Positions 31,724-43,830 of a DNA stretch of 64,000 nucleotides are shown here, piece by piece (within the stretch, counting starts at the first letter, position 1; each line of letters opens with the position of its first letter). The stretch covers positions 62,001-126,000 of the forward strand of contig NW_026862677.1 in assembly GCF_026571515.1 (NCBI RefSeq). Reading direction: 5' to 3'. The stretch is from Ruditapes philippinarum (taxonomy: Eukaryota). The notes under the pieces are model-generated. The model searched no databases. It saw only the letters and a list, made by a program, of their open reading frames with translations, and was not told the DNA's origin. Made by a program: the position numbers and the translations under genes.

Positions 31724-33394
31724 CTATTTTAGGTCAATTACTTTTATGAAGTTGCAATCTTCTGAGTAATTACTTTCACTGATGAACACTCTTTGCTCCT
31801 CTTCAGATACGATGATAGACGTTGGTTCAAGAGCATCACGTATATGAAAATGTGTAATTTGTGTTGTACCTGGTACAATCACTCCAATCATCTCACTTTT
31901 AAACGGATAACATACAAAAACAGAACCACAGTTGGTCACTGTTATGCCGAATGGAGGTCCCATATCCGTTTTATTTACAGCTTTTAGTTGTTTGTTCACT
32001 GTAAATTCATACAAGGCATTATTGTCACTGTCTGATACAAATATGCTCTCATTATTTGTATTCAGACATATAAATTGTGGAAATTCCAATATGCCGGTAT
32101 CCCTGACTTCATGTAGAATATCACCTTCCATGTTTATAACTTGAACAGCGGGAGGTTCAACAAAGGACACTGCCATGATACCATTGCGATGATCTATTCC
32201 GTAACATCCTTGCCTAACATTCAGACTGTGGCTTTCAGTTAATCCAACTTTAGTATTTAGAAACAAGATTCTGCCTTCAGATGGTAAAGTTGTCGCAGCA
32301 GATGAGGAATTAATGGTTGTAACGTCCCTAGGACACGTTGTTGTTTTCAGTATTGTTGTGATCTTACCTTCTCTATGATTCAAAACTTTCAATGATTCGT
32401 TTTCATTATCAGCGCAGAGAATTTCAGAATCAGATATGAGTGTCATTCCGGTGATGTAACAGTCATTTTCATCTTTTGCCTGCACGTTAAATTTCTGTAC
32501 AAATTGTTTCCTCTTGTCAAATATTGTTTCCTTGCATTTACCTGAAAACTTCTCCAATTGTGTCTCCAGGTGCCCAAGACATGTGTTGTTTAATTTCAAA
32601 GCATTTATATCTTCAGAGGCTGAAAATTTTACAGTGTTTATGTGACTTTTAGAAGAAATTTCCTCATTTAATTTCTGATATATCTGTAGTCTTTCTTGTA
32701 CGCGTTTAGATATGACAAACAAATTACTCATGTTGTTTTTACACTGATCTAGTTTACTTTGATAATCTTCAATTTCATCAAGTAATGCCTCGCATTGATC
32801 TTGAAGTTTTCCTTGTGAATACACATCTCTATCATTTACTTCGTCGACTTTTTGTATAAGTTCTGCTTCCATTTTGTCCAGATAGTTGTCGATCTCTTTA
32901 CGGAACTGTTTAATTTCTTCGACAACAGCAGTCCTTCTTTTATCCGCTGTTTTCAGGCTACTGTTTATTTCTCCTTTACATGAAAATATGTTTTTCTTCA
33001 GATGATCAAGTCTGTGTTTGATAAGAAGGAGATCGTCGCTATTGTTAAAGTTACACGACTCGTATGAAACTAGCTGAATCTCACAAGAGGTATGATGAAG
33101 AAGAATACACTCTCTACACCCAACACGATCGTGCTCGAGACAATAAAACTGCACTAATTCATTATCATGAATATCACAGAGCTCAGTGCATTGGTCACTT
33201 TTAATCTGAAATTTCGGCATAACGTTTTTGGATTTGATCACGTGATTTTTGGTGCTAGCCAACTTTTCATGTGCGTTGATACACGATGAACATAAAAACT
33301 CGTTACAGTTCACACAATAACCCTCTGCTTGTACAGTATCACCGTCACACTGGCAAGATTGACATGAAGATTCTTCACAATCTAAGACTTCCAT
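31724..33394 (-). CDS. RING-less TRIM-like protein: two B-boxes, coiled coil, NHL/six-bladed beta-propeller-like C-terminus (paralog 1)
   Basis: Single coding exon, probable start MEVLD at 33394. B-box1 CQSC...YCVNCNEFLCSSCINAH...H, B-box2 CDIH...FYCLEHDRVGCRECILLHHTSC, heptad-rich middle, propeller-like repeats (ITGMTLISDSEILCAD, IFVSDSDNN, PFGITV). Confidence 0.9.
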   Translation of the reverse strand: MEVLDCEESSCQSCQCDGDTVQAEGYCVNCNEFLCSSCINAHEKLASTKNHVIKSKNVMPKFQIKSDQCTELCDIHDNELVQFYCLEHDRVGCRECILLHHTSCEIQLVSYESCNFNNSDDLLLIKHRLDHLKKNIFSCKGEINSSLKTADKRRTAVVEEIKQFRKEIDNYLDKMEAELIQKVDEVNDRDVYSQGKLQDQCEALLDEIEDYQSKLDQCKNNMSNLFVISKRVQERLQIYQKLNEEISSKSHINTVKFSASEDINALKLNNTCLGHLETQLEKFSGKCKETIFDKRKQFVQKFNVQAKDENDCYITGMTLISDSEILCADNENESLKVLNHREGKITTILKTTTCPRDVTTINSSSAATTLPSEGRILFLNTKVGLTESHSLNVRQGCYGIDHRNGIMAVSFVEPPAVQVINMEGDILHEVRDTGILEFPQFICLNTNNESIFVSDSDNNALYEFTVNKQLKAVNKTDMGPPFGITVTNCGSVFVCYPFKSEMIGVIVPGTTQITHFHIRDALEPTSIIVSEEEQRVFISESNYSEDCNFIKVIDLK

Positions 33395-33401
33395 TTTAAA
33401 G

Positions 33402-33447
33402 TAGAATGTCGTCCCTATCTTCAATAGAATGTCGTCCCTATCTTCAA
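33402..33447. repeat. Perfect 23-bp tandem duplication just upstream of the B-box gene 1 ATG
   Basis: TAGAATGTCGTCCCTATCTTCAA x2. Confidence 0.9.
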
Positions 33448-35265
33448 GAAGCCCAAAGTCTGTGTAAATATATCATCCGCATTTCCACCAAATCAAGGCT
33501 GTTTTATATCATTACGGTATCTATTATGACAAACTAATTAATAATATGACTGTTACATCCTGATTATCCACTTTTTATCAAAAGTTAAAACTGCACCTGC
33601 CCACTTAATAATTTGTGATGTTACCATTTATCTGTATATGAATAGATAACTGTGATGATTGCAAATCATTATCAACATTTAGTACTAGCTAGGAAGCTAA
33701 AAAATGATAAAAAAATGTTATCAAGTTCATGATAACAACTGCATAGATTTGGGCAAAACAAACACATGTTTTTGCATGGTGACAATATGTTTGTTAAGAA
33801 TCACAAAACAACCCATATTTATAACAATTAAGGTACCTCGCACATTTATTCTAAAATGTTCATATATATCGGGCGTTTTTTTTTAATTGACTCTATGAAT
33901 TGATATACATGATGACCATTAAAACACCTACATGTAGTTTAAACTGTACTTACATAAAAATCCAAATGGAAAGCTTATTGGTCGGCAAACCAACTGAACA
34001 AAATTGACATTGTTGCAGTATGGATCCTAGCTGTTAATGGTCAGAATTTGTATAGCCTCAAACGTCTCGAGTGGCACTTGCTTTAGCAAAATTCAACATT
34101 TAAACATGAAAATGGTGTTTAATTTAGAATTTTAAACCATACGCAGGCGTTTTCATAATAATCATTCAAGCGGAAAATATGTGTATTATATTAATGCGCA
34201 AATGTTTGAGCTGCCAATCAATCCTGTAAAGTTTCATTGAAATTGCATTAGTGGTATAAGAAAAGTAGTTCAGCCAATCTTAAAAAATGAAAATAATTAA
34301 AGGGTCATAACCTGAACAAAAATCATTTAACCATAAAAAGCCGATGTTATGCACAACTAGACTAAGTTTTGGTGAAATTGCACGAGTAGTTTCTAAGAAG
34401 TAGCCCGGAAAAGCTTCGGTGTAGCTGGCAACACTAAAACACTATTTTTATTCAACGGCCATAACTATAAGTAAAGTTTGGTTTCCCTATATGTCGCCAC
34501 AAAATCAATTGGGGTCATCAAAATGCTATTAAACTGTTATATGTTTTCAAAACAACCACATAATATATTTTTTTATTCTTTATTCTTTATTTTACTTCTA
34601 TACTACAAGAATTAATATTTATTAACAAAATGTTCAAAATACATTAGATCTATATACATGTTTATAATATAAGGATCTTACATAAGCCAACGACAAATCA
34701 AATGCTTTATTTCTTTTCTTTTTTATTACGCATTCACACACAATTATAGAATAATAATACAGTAAAAAAAATATTAAACCGGATATGGTCGAGACTGGCA
34801 GCCGAAATTTCCGGATCAGTTAGGATTCCGATTTCTGAGTATTTAAGGCAAGGAGATCTGATAATAATAATAAATAATAAAGTTTCCTTTTAAAAGGAAA
34901 GACTTGCACAGTTGTGCCTTCATCCCAACCCTTTAAAATTGTTTTTTTTTTTTTTGGTTTCAATCTATTATCACATTTTTTTTTAATTACGGTTTTTGTA
35001 TATCATAAAGGGTTTATTTAGTTGTTTTTTTTTTTTTTGGAAAACCGAATATTTTTTGTCAAAACGATTTGAAATCTATTCTCTATTGTATAAAACTAAT
35101 AAAGAAAATGATCAATCGTAAAAATACTAACGTGATACTGAAGGAAAACAAGTGTGCACATTTCATTTCCCCTTTTTCGCAGCGAAATCATTCCTTTGCT
35201 TTATAGACGAGTAAATGCACTAAAATACTTCGTTACGTGGTACCAATCACATGGACCCAGCACAG

Positions 35266-38200
35266 TTTTATAATATTTTATTGCTATATACATGTATATA
35301 CAATACAGATACAAATTTCATATGTATTTTAAACAGCAAAAGCAAACGGGTTGGGCCCAAGTTCTTACAACATTAGCGGTCGGCCCTCCCCGGTAGATAA
35401 TGAAACGAAAAAACTATATTCAATACTTAATGGCATATAACATAAACATAGTGTATATCATGTATAATTGCTGATGGAATGAATCGTAAGAAACGATTTT
35501 TAACAATATACAATAAAGTAATCGAACAGATAGAAATCAACGTTCGTGTATTTTATAAATTTATAAATATGGATGATCTAAGGATTCAGTATAACCTACC
35601 CCCCACCCCCCACCCCTAAGTGTCACGGGTTTCGTTAAGGCTGTTATGTGCATTTACTTTATATTGGGTACAGGGTATTTGTAATTACTTCTTATATAAT
35701 ATTCTAAGTACATTTATAACTGATTACAATAAAGGTTTAATGTTTAGGTATAAGTGAATCGATTTGTATTTTTAATAAATTTATGGACAGCAGTAAATAT
35801 AACTTCATTATCTTTCGATGCTAGGCTATCACTACCAAGTAACAGTAGATTTGTATTCAGTGGGTGGAACGTCCTAGTTTCTGTAAAGAGTGTTATTCTT
35901 TGCGTTTGATAACTCGGGCATTTAAAGAAAAAATGTTCAGCATTCTCAACTGCATTTCCGCAATGACATGTGGGATTTTCACTGAGATGATTTCTAACTA
36001 AGTCACCATTTAGGTCGCTGCAATTGTTTCTTATACGTGAGTGTAAAACTGATAATAGTCTTTCACCTATTAAAAAATGTTTAGGTACAATAGGAGCTTT
36101 GAACATTTCTTTCATTCTAGTTTTAAATATGTTTAGTGATTCCGCATTACGAATACTAGCATCAAGTGAATTCCAAAGTTCAATTGCTGAAGGTAAGAAG
36201 GATCTATTATACGTTTCAGTACGACGAGCTAATGTTGCATAATTGTTATTATTTCGAAGTGGATAGTTTGATGTTTCTGAAACAGTACTTGGGAAGAGAT
36301 CTTCAAGATAATGAGGGACAAGGCCATTTTTTGCTTTGTAAAACCGTGACTAACTTTTGAATTTTACGTCTGTCAGAAAGAGATACCCAGCCCTACTTCT
36401 TTAATCAATGAATTTATCGATACAGACCTAGTTAACCCAGTAACGACGCGCGCGGCTTCGTATTGCAATTGTTCAAGTGATTGCTTTTCGTTTAATGTAC
36501 AACCGTCCCACACTACTGAGGCGTATTCCAAAATCGGACGCATATAAGAGATGTATATTTTATTCATAGTAGATCGTTTAAGTTTAAATTTTAATGCACG
36601 CATTGTACTTAAAACTTTTGACGCTGATAACATTATTTTTTCGATATGTTCATGCCATTTGAGATCATGAGAAATTGTCAAGCCTAAATGTTTGTGATGA
36701 TCAACAAAGTCAAGACGATTGTTATTAAAGAATAAAATTGGCTTAGGATTTGTGTTTGAAGAGAAAAACATAACTTCAGTTTTATTGGGATTGAAACTCA
36801 CAAGCCATTGATTAGACCATTCATTAATGATATTTAGGTCACGATTTAAAGTTGTTTCAATGAGGCCGATATTGTTTGAAGAAACAGCTAAAGAGCTGTC
36901 GTCTGCAAAAAGACGAGTAATAGAGAGTAAGTTTTCGGCAATATCATTGACGTAAATCAAAAACAATAGAGGCCCAAGGGCTGAGCCTTGGGGGACGCCT
37001 GCAGATATATTAAGGATGGAAGATAGTTCAGAGCCTATAAAGACCGATTGTTACCTTTCAGAGAGATAATCAGTAACCCAACTGAGAAGCTGGTCTTTAA
37101 TACCATATTGTTTTAGTTTAAAAAGCAGACCTTGATGCCATACCCTGTCGAATGCTTTTGATATATCACAAAAAATAATACAGGTCGATAGCTTTTTGTC
37201 ATAGGATTCGCAAATTTGGTGATAGATGTTTATTAGTTGATAAACAGTTGAATGTCCAGGGGGAAAACCTGACTGTAAGGGATATATCAAATTGTTTGAA
37301 TGTAGATGGTTGTATATATGTTTGAAGATTACTCGCTCCATCACTTTACCTACACAACTAATTAATGATATTGGGCGATAATTAGAAGGACTATTTCTAT
37401 TTCCTTTTTTAAAAAGGGGCATAACTTTTGCAAATTTCCATATATTAGGATAAACACCTTCTCGAAGAGATCTATTAAATAATATACATAATGGCTTACA
37501 AATAGTTAGTTTTGTTTCTTTTAAAATTTTATGACTTATATCATCCGGCCCAACCGCCTTGTTTATGGGTAATAGTGACAATATATCAATTATTTCTTGG
37601 TAATTAATTGTAAAATTTTCAATATCGTTGTTTGATTTTTGAATAAATACCGGAAGTTGAGTAGAAGTTGTATCAATATGCGACACTGATATGAAATATT
37701 CGTTTAAGCAATTTGCTTTTTCGGCATCAGTTTCATATTGTTGTTCATTACCATTTTCATCTACTAATAAGGTTGGTATTGAATTAAACGCATTTGAATT
37801 TTCTTTAATTAATAACTTAACTGTTTTCCAATAAAGTTTTGGATCATTTACACTTGCTTCCTCCAACGAATACTCAAGATTATTAAAAAATTGTTCTTTA
37901 GCATGTTTTTTTAAATTATTGACTTTGTTTCTTAAATGCTTGAAAGTGTTCCAATCAAAAATCGAATTAGTTCTAACTGCTTTTTTCTTTGAGCGATCAC
38001 GTTGTCTGGAAGTTCTACGAATTACTGAGTCATACCACGGTTTGTCCTTAGGTCTTATAGTTACTAATCGCGATGGAATGCAGTTTTCGGCTAATCTAAG
38101 AATACTAGAAGTAAACAATTCGGTGGCTTCATGTACTGAGTTTAAATTAAGAAATGACCAATCATTATTTTGTATGAGATTATTAAGTTCCTGAAAATTT

Positions 38201-39400
38201 CCTCTACTATAATTCCATACACGTCTTTTATATGTTTTACATGATTCTTTTATATATTTGGTAAACAGGTAGGTTCCAAAATGGTCACTGATGTCGCGCG
38301 GTGTGATGATTATTCCAGAATCGTAAACATGAATATTATTACTAATTGCTATTGGGTCAATTAGTGTTGAGGAGTTTGCATTTACTCGAGTCGGTTCTCT
38401 AATTATATTCTTAAGGTCGTTTAATATTAAAACATCTTTAAGTTTGTGATTATTAAGGTTCAACTGATCTTCATTTACATCCCCAACTAAAATTATTCGG
38501 CTACATTGTTCAAGGGCTTTTTCTAAACAAATATTCATTTTATTCCAAAATTCGACGGGGGCATTTGGTTGTCTATAAACAGTACAAATAAGTTGCTTAG
38601 TGTGCTTGTTTCTTAATTCAATCCAAAGTGATTCTTGTAAATAGTCCTCTAATTCAAATTTTCGTTTCGAGATTAATTGGTCTGAAACATATACTAGTAT
38701 ACCACAAGAATGACGTGTACCGTCTTTACGGTAAAACGTGGAAAAATTATCTAGTTTAATATCGTCGTTCGACACTATATTATCAAGATGTGTCTCTTTG
38801 AAGCAGAGTATATCAAAATCAAGCCAGTTATCTTTGATATAATTTAACTTATTCCTAATGCTTCTTATATTTTGACTAAGGATAGATAGACAATCATCAT
38901 TAGATTCTCCTGGACCAGGATTTTTTCAATACTTAAGGACAACAATAGAGGAGTGACATATATTAGCTCGGGGCTAAGATAGTTATCGATAGTCGTATAT
39001 ATTTCCATACTGTATGTTTCAAATAGTTTACACACGGTTACACTTGCAGCTACAGAAGATAGGCTAACATTATTAACGGATACCACATCAGAAAACTGAT
39101 CAAGGAGTTTAGCGTACGTTTAAACATTAATAGAATAGGCATTAGCTTGTAATACAAAATTAAGAACGGATAACTAATAATCATTTGAGACTTTTTAATC
39201 CCTTGCGTACCATTGTAGAATAAACCAATCGCCATCCGCCATGCCACAGTACAATTACCCATTAGGGAGAAGTAAGCACGAATCCATACGCATGACCGAC
39301 GACGACAGGTTAGTTATGTAGACATGCATAGTTAAACCTAGTACTAATTCCGTGACATCCCCTTTCCCCGATATACTGAATCCTGAACATTTTACATTTG
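35266..39400 (-). mobile_element. Near full-length, decayed non-LTR retrotransposon (CR1/L2 group; APE endonuclease + reverse transcriptase)
   Basis: N-terminal MGNCTVAWRMAIGLFY; frameshifted IEKNPGP; APE (QNIRSIRNK, FKETHL, VYRQPN, GDVNED, TLIDPI, SDHF); RT (NYRPISL, QSGF, DISKAFDRV, GVPQGSALGPLLF, LFADD, HKHLG). In-frame TAA at 37051-37053 and a frameshift near 36385; C-terminal CHCG...ENAEHFFFKC; 3' tail with AATAAAATATTATAAAAC near 35270. 5' boundary approximate. Confidence 0.92.
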
Positions 39401-39880
39401 TAGTGATAGCAATGAAGGAAAAAAGACAAAGAAAAAAATACACTTCCATTTCAGAGAAAAGTTTTGCTCAAAGCAAAAATGTTGGTTGTTGATAATTTAA
39501 AACAATTTTTCTTATTTCTTAATCAGACTGTTTGTATGTATAACAATAACATATTCCAATGCATACTCTTAAATATTAAGATTTGATGTGATCCATAAGT
39601 AATATTCTGCCTGATAGTAAGATAAGATAGATCGAAATTGATTTGGTATCTTTAATCATGTTAATGTTATTATATTCTTCAAAAAATTGACAATCTCCAA
39701 AAATGTAAATAAATAATGAAGAAAAAATTATTATTATTATTTTTTTTTTAATCTAGATTATGCCAGGCAAACTTTTTTTAAAAAGATTCCATTATGAATA
39801 GATTTATTTTAAGTATCTGCATAAACTTATTTTATAAAGCAAAACAAAATACTATACAACAGGAAACATAATTGTTTAAG

Positions 39881-40092
39881 CCTTTAAAATATGTACAGTA
39901 TAATTATTGATGCTTTTTAATGAATATAAACACTATTTGAGTTAGACACACATTCATGTACATAAATACAAAGCAACAAAATCCTTAAAATATGTACAGT
40001 ATAATCATTGATACTATTTAATGAATGCACATATAAACACTATTTGAGTAAAACACACATTCATGTACATAAATACAAAGCAACAAAATCCT
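39881..40092. repeat. ~103-bp tandem duplication (2 copies)
   Basis: AAAATATGTACAGTATAAT...ACACACATTCATGTACATAAATACAAAGCAACAAAATCC occurs twice in tandem. Confidence 0.85.
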
Positions 40093-40279
40093 GATATGCA
40101 TAAATACGTCTTTCCATGACAAATATATATGTATTGACAGTAGTGATGACAGCTTAAAACATATCTCACCGGTGCATTTAAAAAATTTCAAATAAAATTG
40201 AATGTTTTTTGAGACAGACTATAGGTATGGACGCGATATAATTGCGTGGGCGGATCAGAACAGTATTTTGTAAACAAAC

Positions 40280-41110
40280 CAGCAGACATTTTCACAAAAA
40301 ATCTTACGATTTATCTTAAGTTTTTCACTTACGATAATCGTAAGTTAAATCTTAAGTCATTTTTACAAAGCCACTCGTAAGTTAAAATTTTATCTTAAGA
40401 TAAAAAATTCACTTACGATAAATCTTACGACAAAAACATCCCTAGCAACGTTCATTTGATAGTGATGTGCATGCTCTATATTTGATTCCGGTTTTAAAAT
40501 CAAGTAATAAAGAGCTTGAAATATGTATTGAACACAATCAAATTTCAATAAGAACAAAAAATGATTCAAACTAATATAATTGATATCTTGATTGAAGATA
40601 ATTATATATATCTAAAAGATTCAGAAAGAAGGTCTACTATGTTATTAATAAATAAAAAGGTACCACTAGTACATGCTGGCAATGAAATCGAACTCACCAA
40701 TTGTACAAATTATAAGTTTTCAATAATATTAGTCTACAGTATGGAGTTCACATTATTTTAAACTATTCATAACCCTCTCCATCGTGACGTCATCAAGTCA
40801 TGACGTCACAAAAGTATATGTTGAAAAATAATTATACCTCAATTTGTGTTATTTATAGCATACTGTTTGCTTAATATTTAGTTGTCCTCCAACTTTGTGT
40901 TTATTTTTATTCAGTTTAGGTAAGAGATACATGATATTTTACCCTTAAGAGAGAAAAAATTACACTTACGAACGGGGAAGACCTATCGTAAAGTTACGAC
41001 AGATTTTGCACTTAAGATTTTCTTAAGATTTTTTGTGAAAAGGAGATTTATCGTAAGATTTCTCTTACGACAAAAAATTGTCGTAAGATTTTTTGTGAAA
41101 ATGTCTGCTG
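40280..41110. mobile_element. MITE with 30-bp perfect TIRs and reiterated CTTACGA/TCGTAAG subterminal motifs
   Basis: CAGCAGACATTTTCACAAAAAATCTTACGA ... TCGTAAGATTTTTTGTGAAAATGTCTGCTG; no clean TSD seen, superfamily unassigned. Confidence 0.8.
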
Positions 41111-41506
41111 TATTCGAGTTGATACGGTCATGTGACAGACACTGATTTACATTTAATACGCGTGATAGGTTTTTAGATAAACATCAACAAATCAGCTGGT
41201 GTCATGGAAAGATAACAAGTGGCACATAATATGATAATTCACAAAGCGATTTACATGATTTGTGAATAACATCGAAAAACGAAGCAAAGGATACTTTAAC
41301 GTATCTCGTATACCATGCATTAAAATAACAAGACAAGCACCCAATAAATCAAAATATATCATTCTATACACAAATTGGAATACAATTATTTCTAATTATA
41401 TACATATGATAACACTCTATATATAGAAGTATTAATCAGTTTTCATTGGCCTTAAAAAACAATCGGACGGTTTGCTTATCAAAGACCAGTTATTAAAAAA
41501 AAAAAG

Positions 41507-41888
41507 CACAGTGTTGGGATAGTGTAAAAAAGTAATTCTAAAAAAATATATATACCTTATATATAATATATAGACAAGGGGTTGAACTCGCCAAATCGGC
41601 CGATTGTCACTAGTCCAGTACAAGTCAAAATTAAAAAGTCATTTTTACGTAAATCATATAAAGCTATATATCAAATTGCAGGTAAATGACATCACTAGAC
41701 GTTGACAATAACATTATTGTCCCCACTTAAACCGTTTTTGAACAACAAACCGATATTTCAGATGGAAAATCGTATTTTTGCTAGGTCGGACACGACCGTG
41801 TAACCAGTCCCGACTCAATTTTCTATATATTATATATAAGGTATATATTTTTTTTAGAATTACTTTTTTACACTATCCCAACACTGTG
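41507..41888. mobile_element. 382-bp MITE with ~67-bp TIRs beginning CACAGTG (Transib/Chapaev/RAG-like termini)
   Basis: CACAGTGTTGGGATAGTGTAAAAAAGTAATTCTAAAAAAA.ATATATACCTTATATATAATATATAGA at the left end, near-perfect inverse ending CACTGTG at 41888; no TSD recognised. Confidence 0.75.
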
Positions 41889-43830
41889 CTGGGTCCCTGT
41901 GATACCAATTAATAAGCATGTATCAACTATGTTACACGATGTCAGCACGTGGCAAGGTTAATGATATGCATGGGCTATTTTTAGATTACCTCATTGCGTT
42001 CAGTAGATCTAAATATAACTCGATCATGCGTGATTTGGTAAGCAGGACCACCCTTTGAAGACGGAATACTACAGTCACCATTCTCTATTGTATAAAACTA
42101 ATACAGACAAAAAACAATTATAAAAGAAACTAACTTTTGCGTCTTGAAAAACAATTGAAACGGAACAATTTCGTTTATAATTTATTACGGTTTAAACCGA
42201 TAAATCAAGTAAAAATAGAAATCCTATTTATATAAACAAACTGGGATTACCGAAGTAACTAAAATAGCTTACATTTCCGTAATATTACTTCGTCTGATTC
42301 CGCAGTATGACGGAATCGCCCGAATTGTCACGATTGCAATCGGAACTACATCGGCTATTATCATTAATCCGAAGAGTGACGGAAAAGACCGAAAAGTTGC
42401 GATTGGCACGATTGCAGCTGGTTTCCCGTTCAATCATGCACCAACAGATGTAAGCAGGAAACCACCTAACCGGAACAAGTTTTCCAAATGAAATGGCTTG
42501 CAACCGTGGCTGCAAGCCAAAAAAAACAATCAAATCGCAATTTCGGCAGGTCATTTTTAAAAATAAGATGTGAACACATATTATAAAGAAATATCTAAAA
42601 TGATTAAATAGAGAAAAACAGAATCCCTAAAGAAAATCCAACACGGAAAAGTGAAACAACCGCAAATGTGATCTTACGGCGGTAATGAAGGAACCTCCAA
42701 TGTGACATAGTAGTGCCATTCCACGAAAAGCGTATGCCACGTTTATCATGCCTCGGAATTCCCCTTCTTTAGAAGGGGCAAATATGAGTTCTATATAGTT
42801 TTAATAACTTTTTTTTAGAGCATGCGATATACAGAAGCAGTAGCGCTGAATGTGAAATAATTTGTCACAGAAGTAAATAAAAAATGTTAGCAAAGAAATA
42901 TTTAACCCATATCAATACTAAATTACTCTAACAATGCCAATTGTCAAAAAGTAAAATAAGCACATTGTGACAACTAACTGTGTAAGGAAGCTATATCAGC
43001 ACACCTAAAAAGACTTTTGATTTAATAATGATAATAAAACAATTTTTGGCGTACACTGGGCCTGTAAACAAAAGTGAACAAAATCAAAAACAATATAATA
43101 AAACTTGAAAGTAATAAATACGATTTACTAACAACAAGACATGACAGTATAACGTATTTCTAAAAACTTTGTACAGTTTTCTACAAAAAGATATGATCAT
43201 TAAATTTAATGTGTGCACTACTGTGAAACCTAATACAAAAGCACGTTATGCACTATATATATGACTTAAATTTTAAAGACACCGTATACCAAAAAAAAAA
43301 CAAATAAGTTGTTTTTTCTTTAAAAAGGGCAGACATGAGTTTTATAATGTTAAATAATGGTTTTAGAGAATATTACGGTACCTGCATATCACCTGAAGAA
43401 AAAAGTGCTGAGCATAAAATTATTTGCAATAAAAGTAACAAAATGTAAACAAAGTAGTATTTTGACTTTCATACAAAATACCAAATTAATATAACTTTAT
43501 GAACTGCTAAGAAAGCATCAAAAGCAAAAGATGGTGCATGTAATTGGCCAATTAGTAAGCATTTTGGTAACTATACCCATATAACAGGACACCAAACATA
43601 AAAAGCTTTTGAGAAACAAAAATAACAGCTTTTCTTATGGGCCTTTAAATCAAACAGTTTATTGTCGCTTCCTTTAATAGTGTATCACTAAATGTTATAC
43701 TGTAAACATGATTCTTTTTTTTTCCTTCATGAATTACAACACACCTTAACTGCCATGACACTTCCCCCATCATACGTCACTATTGTCTCCTTATCAACAA
43801 ACAGCTCGACAGTTCTCACAAAATGTATGT

